From the human T2T-CHM13v2.0 reference genome, Homo sapiens: 64,000 bases of DNA. The notes beneath the pieces are model-generated. The model searched no databases and was not told where the DNA came from. It saw only the letters and a program-made list of their open reading frames with translations. Position numbers and translations under genes: made by a program. Shown here piece after piece: positions 34,765 to 54,410 of the stretch. Every line of letters starts with the position of its first letter. Within the stretch, counting starts at the first letter, position 1. The stretch lies in the NCBI RefSeq assembly GCF_009914755.1, contig NC_060928.1; one strand, written 5' to 3'.

Positions 34765-35049
34765 CAAAGTTTTTAACCAGTAGAAAAACAAATATATAAC
34801 TCCTTACATTTTAGACCTAATCTAAACTGAATAAATAAAAGAGCAAATGTTATTATTAGAAAATATAACTATCCATCTGGGTAAAAAATGAATGTTGGAA
34901 TAATGATAATAATAATAATTGAAAGTAATTCAAAATTCACCACTCTAGGTCACGTCCTCTACCATGAAACTAGAGCCATGTGATCGACTACGAAATGTAG
35001 TTCAAGAAAACATGTAACAATTCTTTTTCATAAACTTCTGATTTAGTGG

Positions 35050-35171
35050 GTACTGTTGAGAAAAACTCTGGTTTGGAGATGTCAAGTAGGATTTAATAGA
35101 GAAAGATCTAAGTTCTTTGAATTTTGTGTTTCATGTTGTAACTCCATATCTAGTCATTTAGACATTTATGT
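35050..35171 (+). repeat. ~120-bp direct repeat, copy 1 (copy 2 at 36276-36395)
   Basis: GTACTGTTGAGAAAAACTCTGGTTT...CATTTATGT present twice. Confidence 0.92.
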
Positions 35172-35484
35172 TTTATAAAGAGTCTTTTGATCTGATTATG
35201 CCTACATGGCTGAATTCTCTTATAAAACACGGAAGGTGGTTCGCAACTCTTCTCTTAGTGTGCAAAGGGGAACTCAGTGGAGTTGGACGGGGGATGCATA
35301 GGACAGTGGGGCAGGTGAACTGGACAGAAATCCAGGAATCCAGAGAGAAAAATCTATCTCAATTTGCAGTTTAAATTGACCTTTCAAGTAAGAATTGCCT
35401 TTAAGGAAATGCTTTTGTGTCAAAATGGTTTAAAACAACTATTTTAAACCAATGTTCCCCATCCTGTGCACTGGGGACACCTAG

Positions 35485-35826
<342 letters not shown>

Positions 35827-36275
35827 TAAGGATTGCCTGAAGACTAAAGTAAAAGTCACATGGTCTACATATGTGTAATATATTTATTTTTCAAATATTT
35901 ACATGTGATATTATGTTTAATAAAACATTCATTTATGTAAATTTGGGTCAATGAATATTTTCCGAATTCACAGATGAAAAAGCATAGCTATTAGCAAGTG
36001 AGGGTTGGTAAACCTTGAATTGTTTTTTTTTTTGGTGAGAGGAGAAGATACAGATTTTATATACATGGACATATATTGAAAAATTTGAGGATAGTAGGTC
36101 AATTATTTTTACAGAGCCATAAAAATGTGTTGACTTTTAGTTGTCATTGATTATCCAAATATACTTTCCAGTGCTTTATCACTTTAGCTTTTAGGAATAA
36201 CCAATATTTTACCGCTGAATTACAATTACAAAATACAGTTGATAAAGTAATCATTTCCTTGAAAGGGGAAAAAGT

Positions 36276-36395
36276 GTACTGTTGAGAAAAACTCTGGTTT
36301 TGGAATGTCAACTAGGATTTAATAGAGAAATCCATGTTCTTTAAATTTTCTGTTCAATGTTGTAATTCCATATCTAACCATTTAAACATTTATGT
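36276..36395 (+). repeat. ~120-bp direct repeat, copy 2
   Basis: Matches 35050-35171 at roughly 85-88%. Confidence 0.92.
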
Positions 36396-38398
36396 CTACG
36401 TATTGAGAGCCTATTATTTCAAAATAAGTACTTTATAGTAAGTTGGTATCTGACGATAGTATTAGTTTCAATAGGCTTTTTTGAAAATGTATTGTTATCT
36501 TTGTGATGAGAGGAGGGCAATGACGTGGTGTGTGTCTGTGTTATGTAGTTGGGAGAAGTGAATATTATTTAGTTTGCCAGGTTTTAAATTACTAGCTGAG
36601 GTTAATATATATTTCTACTCATGTTTCTCTCTCCTAACATATGCACAAAATCATACATATATTCACATACCCACTCCCACCAACTTAATGTGCCTCTTAA
36701 TGTGCCCCAAGGTCACAGATGAATCAAACACTGAAAAGGAATCTTTTAGAAAATACTGATGAAAGCACACCAAACTAGTTAGAAAACTAAGAATATTAAA
36801 AGTTTAAAGTGGATGAAAGCAGAATAAAGGAAGACCTTTTGATCTGGTTTGGGCCTGTAATCAAAGATATGAGAAATGTACATCAAGACAGGGACCAAAG
36901 GAAAAGTTAATCTTTTTATCCAGAAGGCTCACTTCCACTCTCTTGCCTTCATTTCTGGCTTTCTTGAATAGTCAGTGCTCTTATTATGTATCCTTAATGC
37001 AGTATCCCTTCACCTGGGGCAAATCATAATCTGGGCTGTAACCTTCAAGGGAATGCCCCATGTTTAAGTCTATGAAAGCTTTTCTGGTTTTGCAAATTTA
37101 CTTACAAAACTACTGCAGGAAGCATCAAATATAAAACAAATGGCTAAAACAGTCTCTTAGCCTTGAGTTCATCCTGAATGTTTATCTTTTATGATCTAAC
37201 TTTTTACCAAATATAGCCAGGGGATACTTCTTTGGCATCTTACAGTATAAAGTCATAAAGTCAGAGAGATGATCAAGCCAGTTTCTCTCTAGTGTGTAAT
37301 TTAAAGTTTTAAAAGATAGTGGAAGACTGAAGCAACATACTATTTATCTTTCAGTCTAGTAGACACTATGAAACAGAAAGTCCAGCCTTCTTTAGAGTGA
37401 ATGTTATAAACCTTCATAGATTTCTACCTCTTTCAAATTAAACGTATAAATGGTACTTGTTTATTTTTTCAAGTTTTAAAATTTCATCCTGAATATTATT
37501 TGGGCACTTTTTCATTATAAAGTGAACTTCAAACAAAATAATTAATTTCAGTTCACATTTCTAAAAAAATGGGTATAATGAATTCCTATTTTGTGATTTG
37601 ACAGGAAGTTCTTTCAAAAGAACTTTAATGGCATTAGAAAATAAAATAATGAGATTTTAAAATAAATGAAAATTATTCCAAATTGATATATACTAATTGA
37701 TTGTACTGCAACACAGTGTAAAACACTTTTTCCCCTTACAGGAAACAATTATTTTATCAACTATATTTTGTAATTATAATTCAGCAGTAAAATATTCTTT
37801 ATTCCTGAAAGTTAAAGTAATAAAACACCAGAAAGTATATTTGGATAATCAATAGCATCTAGAGGTCAACACATTTTATGGTTCTGTAAAAATAATTGAC
37901 TTACTATCCTCAAATTTTTCAAATAATTATGTTTTCTACATACTCTCTGCACTTTAAGAAACATTTTTAAAGTAATTATTACATATCTCTTTTCATAAAA
38001 AGTTATTTCTCCATAGGTAAAAGATTATTTTTAATTGCTCCTTTCTTTTAAATGTGAAAATACGGTAATTTAAAAATCAAAAGTTGATAAATATAATATA
38101 TATTGCTTTTTTAAGAAAATCATTCATTTCTTAGAGTAGTACAAAGCACAAAGAAGCCTTTAATTTTTAAGGATATTAAGCAAGCTAGAACAAAAGAAAG
38201 TCAGTTATTGACCAGATAATAAAGTATTTGAATAAACAATACTGTATTAAGAGAGATAAGTTTTTAGGCAAATAAAACTTTCTCTGGAACTAAAAGTCAT
38301 TTTTTCAGGATTCATGTATGGAATGATGGTGTGAGGAGATTCCCAGAGAAACAACAATAAATGTTAAAAATTATTTTAAATAACCATTACAACTTTCT

Positions 38399-43790
<5,392 letters not shown>

Positions 43791-44546
43791 GGAAATTACC
43801 TTAATGATATGCAAAAATGAAGACATATTTGTGAAAGATAATCTACTAAATCTCAGTGGTAAGAGCAGGGAGAGTCCCTGGCATGAGTCTTATTTATCCC
43901 ATCCTCAACTTATTTATCCCATCCTCGACTCAGCATGATGGAAATTCCCCTGTGAAGGGCAGGTACAGCCCATATGATAGGAATCCCTCTTCCTAAAGTG
44001 CAAGAAAGAGAAGTCATCTGCATTTTTTATGCCTCCTCTACAGCTCTGTATAAGAAAGGCTAAAGTCCAGGAAAGTGTGATCAGACTATCAGGGGCTTTC
44101 TCCTCCACCCAGCACCCATTCATGGTATGGAGGCCTTACCCCAGGGATTGTAGGCCAAGAACACTGGGGCTCAGATTATCCTCACCTCAACTCACTCACA
44201 GGGATAAGCATCCACACTGGAAGAGAAAAGCCAAGAAATCCAGAGGCTACTGCCCCTTTCCAGTGTCCTGGAAATAAAGTGAGTGTGTCATTCTGAGGAT
44301 AAGCAGGCCACTGTTATAGACACGAGTCCAGAGAACATGGCCAGACATGTTGCCAAGGGAAAGAGGACATTAAAACGCAGATATCTGTAACTATATCTAT
44401 GGAAACTAGCTTTATTTGGGAAAAATGTATGAAGTTCAAGCATAAGAGTACTTCCCAAAAGAGTAGAGACTTTGGTGGGTTGTGAGCAATTAGGAGGAGG
44501 CCAGGGGCCCTGTGACAGCCACCATCAAAGCCTGACAGTTTACCAG

Positions 44547-47187
44547 TGTTAAAAGAAAACCTTAGCTGAGTTCAACTGAACACAGAATAATTGAGCAAAG
44601 AATGATTCATAAATTGGGCAGCCTCCTGAACAAGAGTTGGCTCAGAGACACTAGCACAACAACTTGTTGGAAGATTTATAGACAGAAAAAGGAAAGTGAC
44701 TACAGAGAATGGAAGTGAAGTACAGAAATGGCTAGATTGGTTATAACTAAGCATTTGTCTTATCTGAACAGTATTTGAAGAGGTGGCCACTGTATTAGTC
44801 CATTCTCACACTGCTAATAAAGACGTAGCCAAGATTGGGTAATTTATAAAGAAAATAGGTTTAATTGACTCACAGTATAATATTGCTGGGCGACCTCAGG
44901 AAGCTTACAATCTTGGCAGAAGGGAAAGCTAAGATGTCCTTCTTCACATGGAGCAGCAAGGAGAAGTGCAGAGCAAAAGGGAGAAAAACCCTTATAAAAT
45001 TATCAGATATTGTGAGAACTTACTCAGTATCATGCGAAGAGCAGCATGGGAGCAACCACCACCATGATTCAATTACCTCTCACCAAGTCCTTCCCACAAC
45101 ACATGAGGATTATGGGAACTAAAATTGAAGATGATATTTGAATGGAGATACAGCCAAACCATATCATTCCACCAAGGACCCTCCAAAATCTCATGCCCTT
45201 ACATTTCAAAATCAATCATGCCTTCCCAGCAGTCCCCCAAAGTCTTAACTCATTCCAGTACTAACCCAACAGACCAAGTCCAAAGTCTCATCTTAGACAA
45301 GGCAAGTCTTTTCTGCCTATGAGCCTAAAAAACAAAAGCAACTTGGTTACTTATTAGATACAATGGGGACACAGGCATTGGGTAAATACAGCCATTCCAA
45401 ATGGGAGAAATTGACCAAAATAAGTAGCTATAGGCTCCATGAAAGTCCATAATCCAATAGGGCAGTAGTTAAACCTTAAAGTTCCAAAATTATCTCTTTT
45501 GACTCCATGTCTCACATCCAGGTCATGCTGATGCAAGAGGTGGATTTCCATGGCCTTGGGCAGCTCTTCCTATGGCTTTGCAGGATACAGCCCCACTCCT
45601 GGCTGCTTTCATGGGATGGCATTGAGTGTTTGCAGCTTTTCCAGGGACACAGTGCAGGCTGTCAGTGGATTTGCCATTCTGGTGTCTGGAGGATGGTGGC
45701 CCTCTTCTCACAGCTCTACTAGGCAGTCTCCCAGTGAGGACTCAGTGTGGGGGCTCTGACTCCACATTTCCCTTCTGCACTGCCCTATTAGAGGTTCTTC
45801 ATGAGGGCTCTGCCCCTGCAGCAGACTTCTGCCTGGACATCCAAGCTTTTACATACAACCTCTGAAATCTAGGCAGAGGTCCCCAAACCTCAATCCTTGA
45901 CTTCTTCATATCCACAGGCCCAATACCAGGTGGAAGCTGCCAAGGCTTTGAGCTTGCACTCTCTGAACCCACAGCCTGAGCTGTATGTTGGCCCCTTTTA
46001 GCCATGGCTGGAGCAATTTGTTATAGGGGCACCAAGTCCCAAGGCTGCACACAGCAGGGCAGGTCCTGGACCCAGTCCAGGAATCCATTTTTCCCTCCTA
46101 GGCCTATGGGCCTCTGATGAGAGAGGCTGCTATCAAGGTCTAGGACATGCCCTGGAGACATTTTCCCCATTGTCTTAGTGATTAACATTCAGCTCCTCAT
46201 TACTTATGTAAATTTCTGCAGCCAGCTTGAATTTCTCTGCAGAAAATGGAGTTTTCTTTTCTATCACATCATCAGGCTGCAAATTTTCCAAACTTTTATG
46301 TCCTGCTCCCACTTCAATGGTTTGCCACTTAGAAATGTCTTCCACCAGATACCCTAAATCATCTCTCTCAATTTAAAAGTTCCATAGATGTCTGGGGCAG
46401 GGGCAAAATGCAACCAGTCTCTTTGCATAAGAGCAACCTTTACTCCAGTTCCCCATCTCCATCTGAAACCCCCTTATCCTGGACTTCATTGTTCCTATCA
46501 CTATCAGCACTTTGGTCAAAGCTATTCAACAAGTTTCTAGGAGGTTCCAAACTTTCCCCCATTTTCCTGTCTTCTTCTGAGCACTTCAAACTGGTTCAAC
46601 CTCTTCCTGTAACCCAGTTGCAAAGTAGCTTCCACATTTTCAGGTATCTTTACAGCAGCACCCCACTCTACTGGTACCAATTTTAGTCCATTCTTACACT
46701 GCTAATAAAGACACCCAAGACTGGGTAATTTATAAAGAAAAGAGGTTTAATTGACCCACAATTCAGCATGACAGGGGAGGCCTCAGGAAACTTGCAATCA
46801 CAGCAGAAGGGGAAGCTAATACATCCTTCCTCACATGGGGACAGGAAGGAGAAGTACAGAGCAAAAGGGAGAAAAGCCCCTTATAAAACCATCAGATCTC
46901 CTGAGAACTCACTCACTGTCACAAGAACAGCACCATGAGAGTAGACCCCCACCATGATTCAGTTACCTCCCACTGGGTCCCTCTCAAAACACATGGGAAT
47001 TATGGGAACTACAATTCAAGATGAGATTTGGGTGGGGACAGAGCCAAACCATACCAGGTCCTTTTAATTGGCCAAAACTCAGTGATTGCCATAAGAGTAG
47101 CATACGGTGTGTTTACACCTCCATTTAGGTTATAGCTCACTATGTACAGAGAAACCTTTTGGGCAAGATTAAAGTATGTAAGGAGGT
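44547..47187 (-). mobile_element. MER57-like ERV1 LTR in two pieces (44547-44790, 47057-47187) split by THE1
   Basis: TGTTAAAAGAAAACC...AATTGAGCAAAGAATGATTC...GGAAGTGAAGTACAGAAA; resumes ATTGGCCAAAACTCAGTGATTG. Confidence 0.75.
44791..47056 (-). mobile_element. Complete THE1 (B/C-like) MaLR: LTR 44791-45166, internal 45167-46681, LTR ~46682-47056
   Basis: Two homologous LTRs (TAGTCCATTCT...CCAAACCATA.CA) flanking ~1.5 kb of THE1-int that ends CTGGTACCAATTT. Confidence 0.95.
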
Positions 47188-48118
47188 GCCCTCTGGGGTC
47201 CTAATGAACTTCAAAGACCGTTCTCAAAAACTCCCCCTGCAAAGGGACCCACATTTAACTGCAGCTCAATATATGTTCCAAGACATTGTTAAAAACAACA
47301 GAGGAATCACTGGGCAAATATCAGAGCTTGACATCTGAGTATGATACCTGAAAAGGCAGATAGCTGCAAAGCGAGATTAGGGAAAGAGACAAAGAGAGCC
47401 CTCTAAAAACCAGTCATCCTAGGGTAACTAACTGAATCCTAAGACTGCACCTTCTGAGGAGCAATACCAGATAGTTCGCATTGCAGGGGAAATGGACTTC
47501 ACTAAAATACTTCAGCCAAGTTACTAAAGAAATAAGCAACAACAACAATAACAAGGCTTGAGGTAGAATTGGGGCGGAGGGGAGGTATCCATAGTTGCAA
47601 CAGTATGTTATCTAAAATATTCAGTTTTCACAAAAAATTATAAGACAGGAAAAGAAACAAGACAGTGTGACCTACACATAGAAAAACAAGCAGGCAACAA
47701 TACTGCCTGTGACATGTCTACAGTGTTTGACATAATAGAAAACAATTTCAAGGTAGCTATTATTTCAATGAAATGAAAGAACCCATGAATAAAGAAGAAA
47801 AGGAAAATACGATGACAAAGTCTCACCAGTATAGAATATTAATAAAGAGGTAGAAACTATAATAAAGAATCAAATAGAAATTGAGTTTAAAAGTACAATG
47901 ATTGAAATGAAGAAGTTCACTGGAGAGACTCAACAATACATTTCACTACCAGCAGAACCAACCGGCATAGTTTAAGATATATCTAAGCAATGTAAAGAAC
48001 AGAGGGGAAAACAAGTGAAAGAAAATAAACAGAGCCTTAGAGAAACGTGAGACTGTACTAGGCACGCCAACATACACATAACAGGAGGACGAGAAAGAGA
48101 AGAGAGAAGTAAAGAGAC

Positions 48119-48281
48119 TGTACTAGTTTCCCATTGCTCTTGTAACAAATTACCATAAACTTAGGGGCTTTAAACAACATACATTTGTAATTTTACAGTT
48201 CTGGAGGTTAGAAGTCTAAAATCCATCTTTTGGAACTAAATTCAAGGTGACATCAGGGCTGGAGGCTCTGCAAGAGAGTCT

Positions 48282-48317
<36 letters not shown>

Positions 48318-48365
48318 GTTTTCCAGATTCTAAAGGTTGCTGCGTGGCTTGGCTCAGGGCTCCAA
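48119..48365 (-). mobile_element. MLT1 LTR fragment with a poly-T tract
   Basis: TGTAACAAATTACCATAAACTTAG...TTACAGTTCTGGAGGTTAGAAGTC. Confidence 0.8.
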
Positions 48366-49559
48366 TTACATCCCCAACTAGGCTATTGTCTCATTTGTTC
48401 ACTTACCTGAAACAAATGGAGTTTATAAATGACAAGAACTCTTCTAGATGCTGGAGTACTGTGATAGGTTAACTATGTCATTGATTTTTTGTCCTTCTCT
48501 CCAAAATAATGCATAGCTATACAAAAAAAAAATTGTCATGCTGCATATCACAATTTATTAAAATAAACAAATGAACAAGTAATTGTGCTACATATGGTTA
48601 AAATACAAACTTAATATAGTGTTATATAGAAATCAGAGTGGTAGTTCAAAGAGGGGAATTATGAACTCTAAATCAATCAAGTGTGGAACAAAAAAATAGG
48701 AAAAAGAATAATCCAGGGAAAAGGATAAAATGTCTTAGGACCTTGAATGATAAGTAGGACTTTTCAAAAGCTAAAACCTGGACAAAGTAATTTTTAGAAA
48801 GGAGAATGTTATTCACAAATTTAAAACAAATTGTTATTTGTTTTATTAATTAATTTATTTATTGTTTACTAATATTAATAAACAATAAAAATATTTATTA
48901 ATATTAAATTATAATGAGAAAGTATGTTAGATAGATAAATGTGCTAATATTTAAGAGTTTTAATGCTAAGTTATGCAGTTAAATTTAATACAATTATACT
49001 TCATTTCTAAGAGCAAATGAGGGTCAATTCTCAGACATATTCTACACATGTCTTCATAATCTTCGTTATTAACATTACATTAATGCACATTTTGTGGCTT
49101 TTTTTCTTCCTCTACTTTACTTTCTCTTATTTTTCACTTCTGTTCAGTGGGTTCCCCATCAAAATGTATTACCTGCATTTAAATCCTTACCTTAGGTAGG
49201 CTTTTGAGATAACCAAAATTAAGAGAGATCATACTGGAAGTGGTCTTTCAGATAAGAGCTTTAGGGTGGTATTCAAGTGTAAAAACGTTTACTTGTTGGA
49301 TTGCATCAAAGACACCATTGCCAATGGTATGTGGAGAGATGGTAACTCCCGGTAAGCTGTAGCATCATTAATATTAAATAATTCTTTTGTGTGTCAGAAG
49401 GCTCAAAGAGATGGTCATTTAGAGTGAATGCTTTACATGAAACCAAAGTACCCATTACATGTCTAAGTTCCCAGATGACAGTCTCTTAACTGGGGAAATT
49501 AAAAACACACTACTAAGATTGAAACCAGCGTATCTGAGTAGCTACGTTATTGTTTGTGG

Positions 49560-51500
49560 CTAAGATTTACAGTGGTACATCTTACATAAAATTAGTGTCC
49601 AGGCTACTGTTAATAGTTGCGTAAAATTGTATTTCCCAATGATGGCTACAGGTAGACAGGTAAAATATAAAGATATAGTTATTCTACATAGGTATAAATA
49701 GAGAGATATATACCCCAGCTTATGTATTATTCCTACGTATTTTGCTGACACGTCTTCCACTGAGAATACTATCTTTGCTTCCATTACCCTCCTTAAAACT
49801 AGAAGAAAAAAAGAAATAGACAAATTTTTCAAGTAGAATTGGAAACTTCAACACCCACATTTCAGCAACTAATAGAATTACTACGTAAAAATTATGTAAG
49901 AATATAGACCATCTGAACAACATATGCTACCAACATGTTCTAATTGACTCATGTAGAATACTCTACCTAACAACACAATGCACTTTTTTTCAAGTTCCCA
50001 TGAGACATACACCAAGAAAAAACATTATTCTATCTTGAGCCACAAAAAAACGTAAACATATGTAACAAACCTGCACATTGTGCGCATGTACCCTAAAACT
50101 TAAAGTACAATAATAATAATAATAATAAAAAGTAAACAAATGCACTTCTAAATAATCCATGGATTAAAGTGGAAGACTCAAAGGAGATTTTTAGCAACTG
50201 AAATAAAATGAAATTGCACCATATCACAATGTGTGGGATGCAACAAAAGCAGGGCTGATTGGAATGCATTGCATTAAATTATTATGTTAAAAATCAGAAA
50301 AGATCACAAAGCAATAAGCTGTTTCTAACTCAAGAACTAGGAAAAAAAGCAAAATGCAAGAAAGAAAAAAACCAAAGCAAGAAAGAAGGATAAAAGATAA
50401 GAACAAGATCTGTGAAACTGAAAATAGGAAATATTAGAGTAATAAAACAACATTAATATATCCTCATAAGCAAAAAGAGCTAGCATCTAGAATATATAAA
50501 GAAAATTCAACAGTGAAAAAAGGCAAACTAAATAGAAAATGGGCAAAAGTCATGAATAGAGATTTTGCCAAAGTCACATAAACAGATGAAAATATGTTCA
50601 ACGTCTTCACCCATCAGGGAAGTGTGAATAAAAATCACATGAGATCACTATACACTTATCAGAATGGCTGTTTAAAAAAAATAGTGATAGCAAAAAATTT
50701 TGGTGAGGATTTAAAGAAACTGAATCACTCATACATTGCTACTATAGCCACTCTAGGAACCAACCAGTTTGGTGTTCCCTATGAAACTAAACTTTCAATT
50801 TCTGTCAGACCTAGCAATTGCACTCCTGGGCATTTATCCTCCAAAAAATGATACCTTATGTTGACACAAAAACTTGTATATGAATGTTTATAGCAGCTTT
50901 ATTTGTAGCAACTAAACTTTAGAATCAACCTACATATCTTTCATTAGGTGGAACATACATACCATGGAATGCTACTTGGCAAAATAAAGTAACTAATCTA
51001 ATGAGGCACTCAACAATTAGAATAAATCCCCTAGTAATTACGGTGAGTGATAAAGATATATACTGTATGATTCCATTGATGTACATTTTTAGGTAGCATT
51101 TCAAAAATGACAAAATTTTAGAAATAGAGAAGAGAGTGGTCAGAGATGGAGAAAGAGAGAGATGGGTGTGGTTATGAAAAGCATAATTTGAAGTATCCTG
51201 GTTGTGTTGAGTCGGTTCAGAATCTTTACTGTGATGGTAGATACAGGAACAAACACAGGTGATAAAATTACATAGAACTTAATACACACACACACACACA
51301 CACAAATGAGTGCAAGTAAAACTGAGGAAATCTGAATAAAATCAGTGGATTACACCAATGTCATTATCCTAGTTGTGATATTACAATATGGTTCTGCAAA
51401 ATGTTACCATTAACAGAGGGCATAGTATACACATTATTTCTCAGTGTTATTTCTTACAACTGCATGGAATTGAACAATTATCTAAAAGAAAAATTTGAAA
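49560..51500 (+). mobile_element. Fragmented old L1MC/ME (EN piece and 3' end)
   Basis: GGAAACTTCAACACCC; CTAGCAATTGCACTCCTGGGCATTTATCC; L1MC-type 3' end with a CA repeat. Confidence 0.7.
50057..50131 (+). mobile_element. Tiny L1PA2/3-like 3' terminal insertion
   Basis: CATATGTAACAAACCTGCACATTGTGCGCATGTACCCTAAAACTTAAAGTA + (AAT)n tail; flanked by AAAA(C)GTAAACA on both sides. Confidence 0.88.
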
Positions 51501-52089
51501 AACCCAAAATAACACAGAGAAGGCTGTGATTGTCACAACCAACAAAATAAAGCAGAGGTGATACTATTTGACTTCAGAGGCTGGATCTCTTCCTCTCTCT
51601 CTCTCTCTCTTTCACTCTTCCTCTACACATACATTTGGAGCTCTGAGATACCCTGTAAAAAGTTTAACTTCCCTGAAACTGCCATACTGGGAAGACCAAG
51701 AGAAACAAGAAAATACCTGAAGAGTCCCAGCCGTTCTATTTTTTAGCTGTTTGAGTCTTTCAAGCCTCAGTGACAGGTATGAGTCGTGGAGTTATTATCA
51801 TCTCTGAGGACAACTCTCAACCAATAGGAGGTGGAGCCTTGTGGTTACATGCACCGTTCTTTCCAGTACCTAATGAAATAATTCTGACCTGTATGTAAAA
51901 ACTGGAATTTCCACAACTGTAATGTTAATATATGCTATACCAGCTTTTATCTTTCCCTCTTTCTTCCTATCTTCCTCACTTTTTTCTGTTCTGTCATTTC
52001 TGTTTCCTTGGTTTGACTTTCAGATAATCTAACTATTTCTAATTCTTTTCCTTCAAGTCTGATTTTTTAATAATTAAAACTCAAATCAA

Positions 52090-53340
52090 GACATCTTCAG
52101 GGGAATGAAAGAGTAAACTGCATTTCATACAAGATGATATTTCAGCAAAGGACCAAACATGCTGGTCAAGTCCTGAAGGAGACAAGGAAGAAAACTATGC
52201 AGATGTCTCGGAGCACAGTATTCCAGGTAGACAAATGTGCAAGTATTAGCAGATACAAATACTCAGAGGTAGGAGGTTGATAAAAATCCAGGAAGAGAAT
52301 GGTTAGGTTAGAATCTGTAGGATTAGATTTTTATGATATGAGGTTGGTGTTAGAGATAAAGAATCACAGTGCCATGAGAAGGTGCTATGGATTATTGTCA
52401 GGATTTTAGTTCTTACTAAGGTTAAGATAATAACATGTTGGTAAGTACTAAAAAGGAAATGATAGGATGTAATTTATACTGTTTTAAAAGTATCATATGT
52501 CTACTTTGTGAAGAAAAGAATAATAAAAAACAAATGCATTAGTGGGAAAAATTGGGAGGAGACTTTTAAAATCTAGCTGGAAATATGATGACAGGGGCTG
52601 GAATCAAGTTTGTAGCAGAATCATTTTGGACAAATATCATTAGAAATGGTAAATTTGGAATGGGAACATAATATAAAGAGAACATGCAAGCATTATTCTG
52701 CACTTTTGAGGTGAGTAAATAGAATTGAGTTGGCAATTACTAAAATGGGAGACTTGTTTAATCTGTAGGTTAAACAAGTTTAGAAGGCATGATTAGACAT
52801 GTTAATTTGGAGATATCTATTATATATTCAAATGAAGTGCCTGATAGGCAGTTGAAGATATAAACCTGGACTTCTGGGAAGTAGCCAAAGTTGGGTGTAC
52901 ACCTATTCAAATTTTCAGATTATAGAATAAATCAAAGTCATGAGTGGGCAAACTCGTACTGAGAAGTAATGCTGGTAACAAAGAAAAGAAGTCTAAGAAC
53001 TGAGCTCTAATCTTCAACGTAAAGAAAATGTTACGGAGGATAAGAAAAATGGTGCAACTGAGATTGAGAAGCAGTCAGTGAGATAAGGAAAAAAAGCAGA
53101 TAGATGAGTCTCTTTCTATAACAGTAAAAAACATATTTTAAGAAGCACTAATGAAATGTGTCTAAATCTACTGAGACATCATGTAAGACAGTTTACTACT
53201 AAATTTAGCATTGTGGAAATCATCATTAGGGACCTTTTCCAATATTGATGGAAAGGTGGGGGGGCGTACACCTGATTACAATGGTTTTAAATAGAAAACA
53301 ATTGAAACTGGCAAGTTCAAACAACTCTGCAGAAATCTGC
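52090..53340. mobile_element. L2 LINE remnant
   Basis: Purine-rich L2-like motifs (TTAGACATGTTAATTTGGAGAT...ATAGGCAGTTGAAGATATAA; ATTTAGCATTGTGGAAATCATCA). Confidence 0.65.
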
Positions 53341-54229
53341 TGAAAATTTAAGGTGAATAAATTGCATTTCCAGTATCCTCTTTCCCCAAGAAATCATGTG
53401 TTAGAGGATTTATTATCACTCTCAATTTACAAAAGAGGAGACTGAGGCTTCGGCAAATTAATTTATTGAAGTTCCTGAGAGAATACATCTATAGGTTCTA
53501 CTACTTGCTTAATGTGGTTTAAACATATTTCTAGATAAATTCCATGCAGATTGCAATTTTATTGCTGCTATTTCATTTATATGTCTCTCTATCCTCACCT
53601 TTTCCTCTGACTTTCTATGACTTTCTTTTAGTGCAAAACTCTAAAAATTGGATTCAGTAAAGTTGCAAAAGAGTGTGGGGCAGTGTATTTCATTGTAATC
53701 AGAAAAACATCTTGCACCATTAGATAATTAGTGATTGATTATTCACTCATTCTTATACATAATCCCTATGTATTATCTGATTTCACTTTAGTAAAAACTA
53801 TACCAATTATTTTGTGCTGCTCCTTTGCTATGTACAATATCCAGAGGATTACTTTAGATCTTTCATGCATTTGTGTACTGAGTTGCTTATTATTACAATA
53901 ACATAAAGCATTCATGAGACTGTGCTGAGCCTAAAAACAAGGACAAGTCTTAAAGTTTTAAGACTCTAAGTATTTGAACTTTAAACAAGCCTTAAAAGTT
54001 CTAAGTATTAGGTCAAGTGAAACAATACCAGTTTTCCCAAAGCATGAAGAGAAGGAAACGAGACCATCTCTAATAAGAAAGTGATAAGTTGGAAGAATGG
54101 ACAGAGACACTGATAAAGATGATTCATTTTCTTGATTATTCAGATTTTAGGTAAACTTATGATTCATAGACAATATTTGGAAATATGAGAATGTTCCTAT
54201 TTTGCTGCAGAACACTTTTCTGTTGGATA

Positions 54230-54410
54230 TCCATTCATTCAGCAAACATTTATTGTGCTCTTGTGACTCATACATTCTTTCATTCAACAAATATTTATTG
54301 ATTGCCTACTATATGCCAGTGTTGTGCTAGACATAAAAGAGAAAACAATAAAAAGTCAGATACAGTCTGTCATCATGGACTTAAACCATAGTGGGAAGAA
54401 AAACATTGAA
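54230..54410. mobile_element. L2 3' end
   Basis: CATTCAACAAATATTTATTGATTGCCTACTATATGCCAG. Confidence 0.7.

Larger units (their letters stand above)
43791..48115 (+). mobile_element. Old L1M(C-like) 5'UTR/ORF1 host element, starting ~38320 and split by L1PA, MER57 and THE1
   Basis: AATCTACTAAATCTCAG 5'UTR-like text; ORF1-like AATAAAGAGGTAGAAACTAT...CAGAGCCTTAGAGA. Confidence 0.55.
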
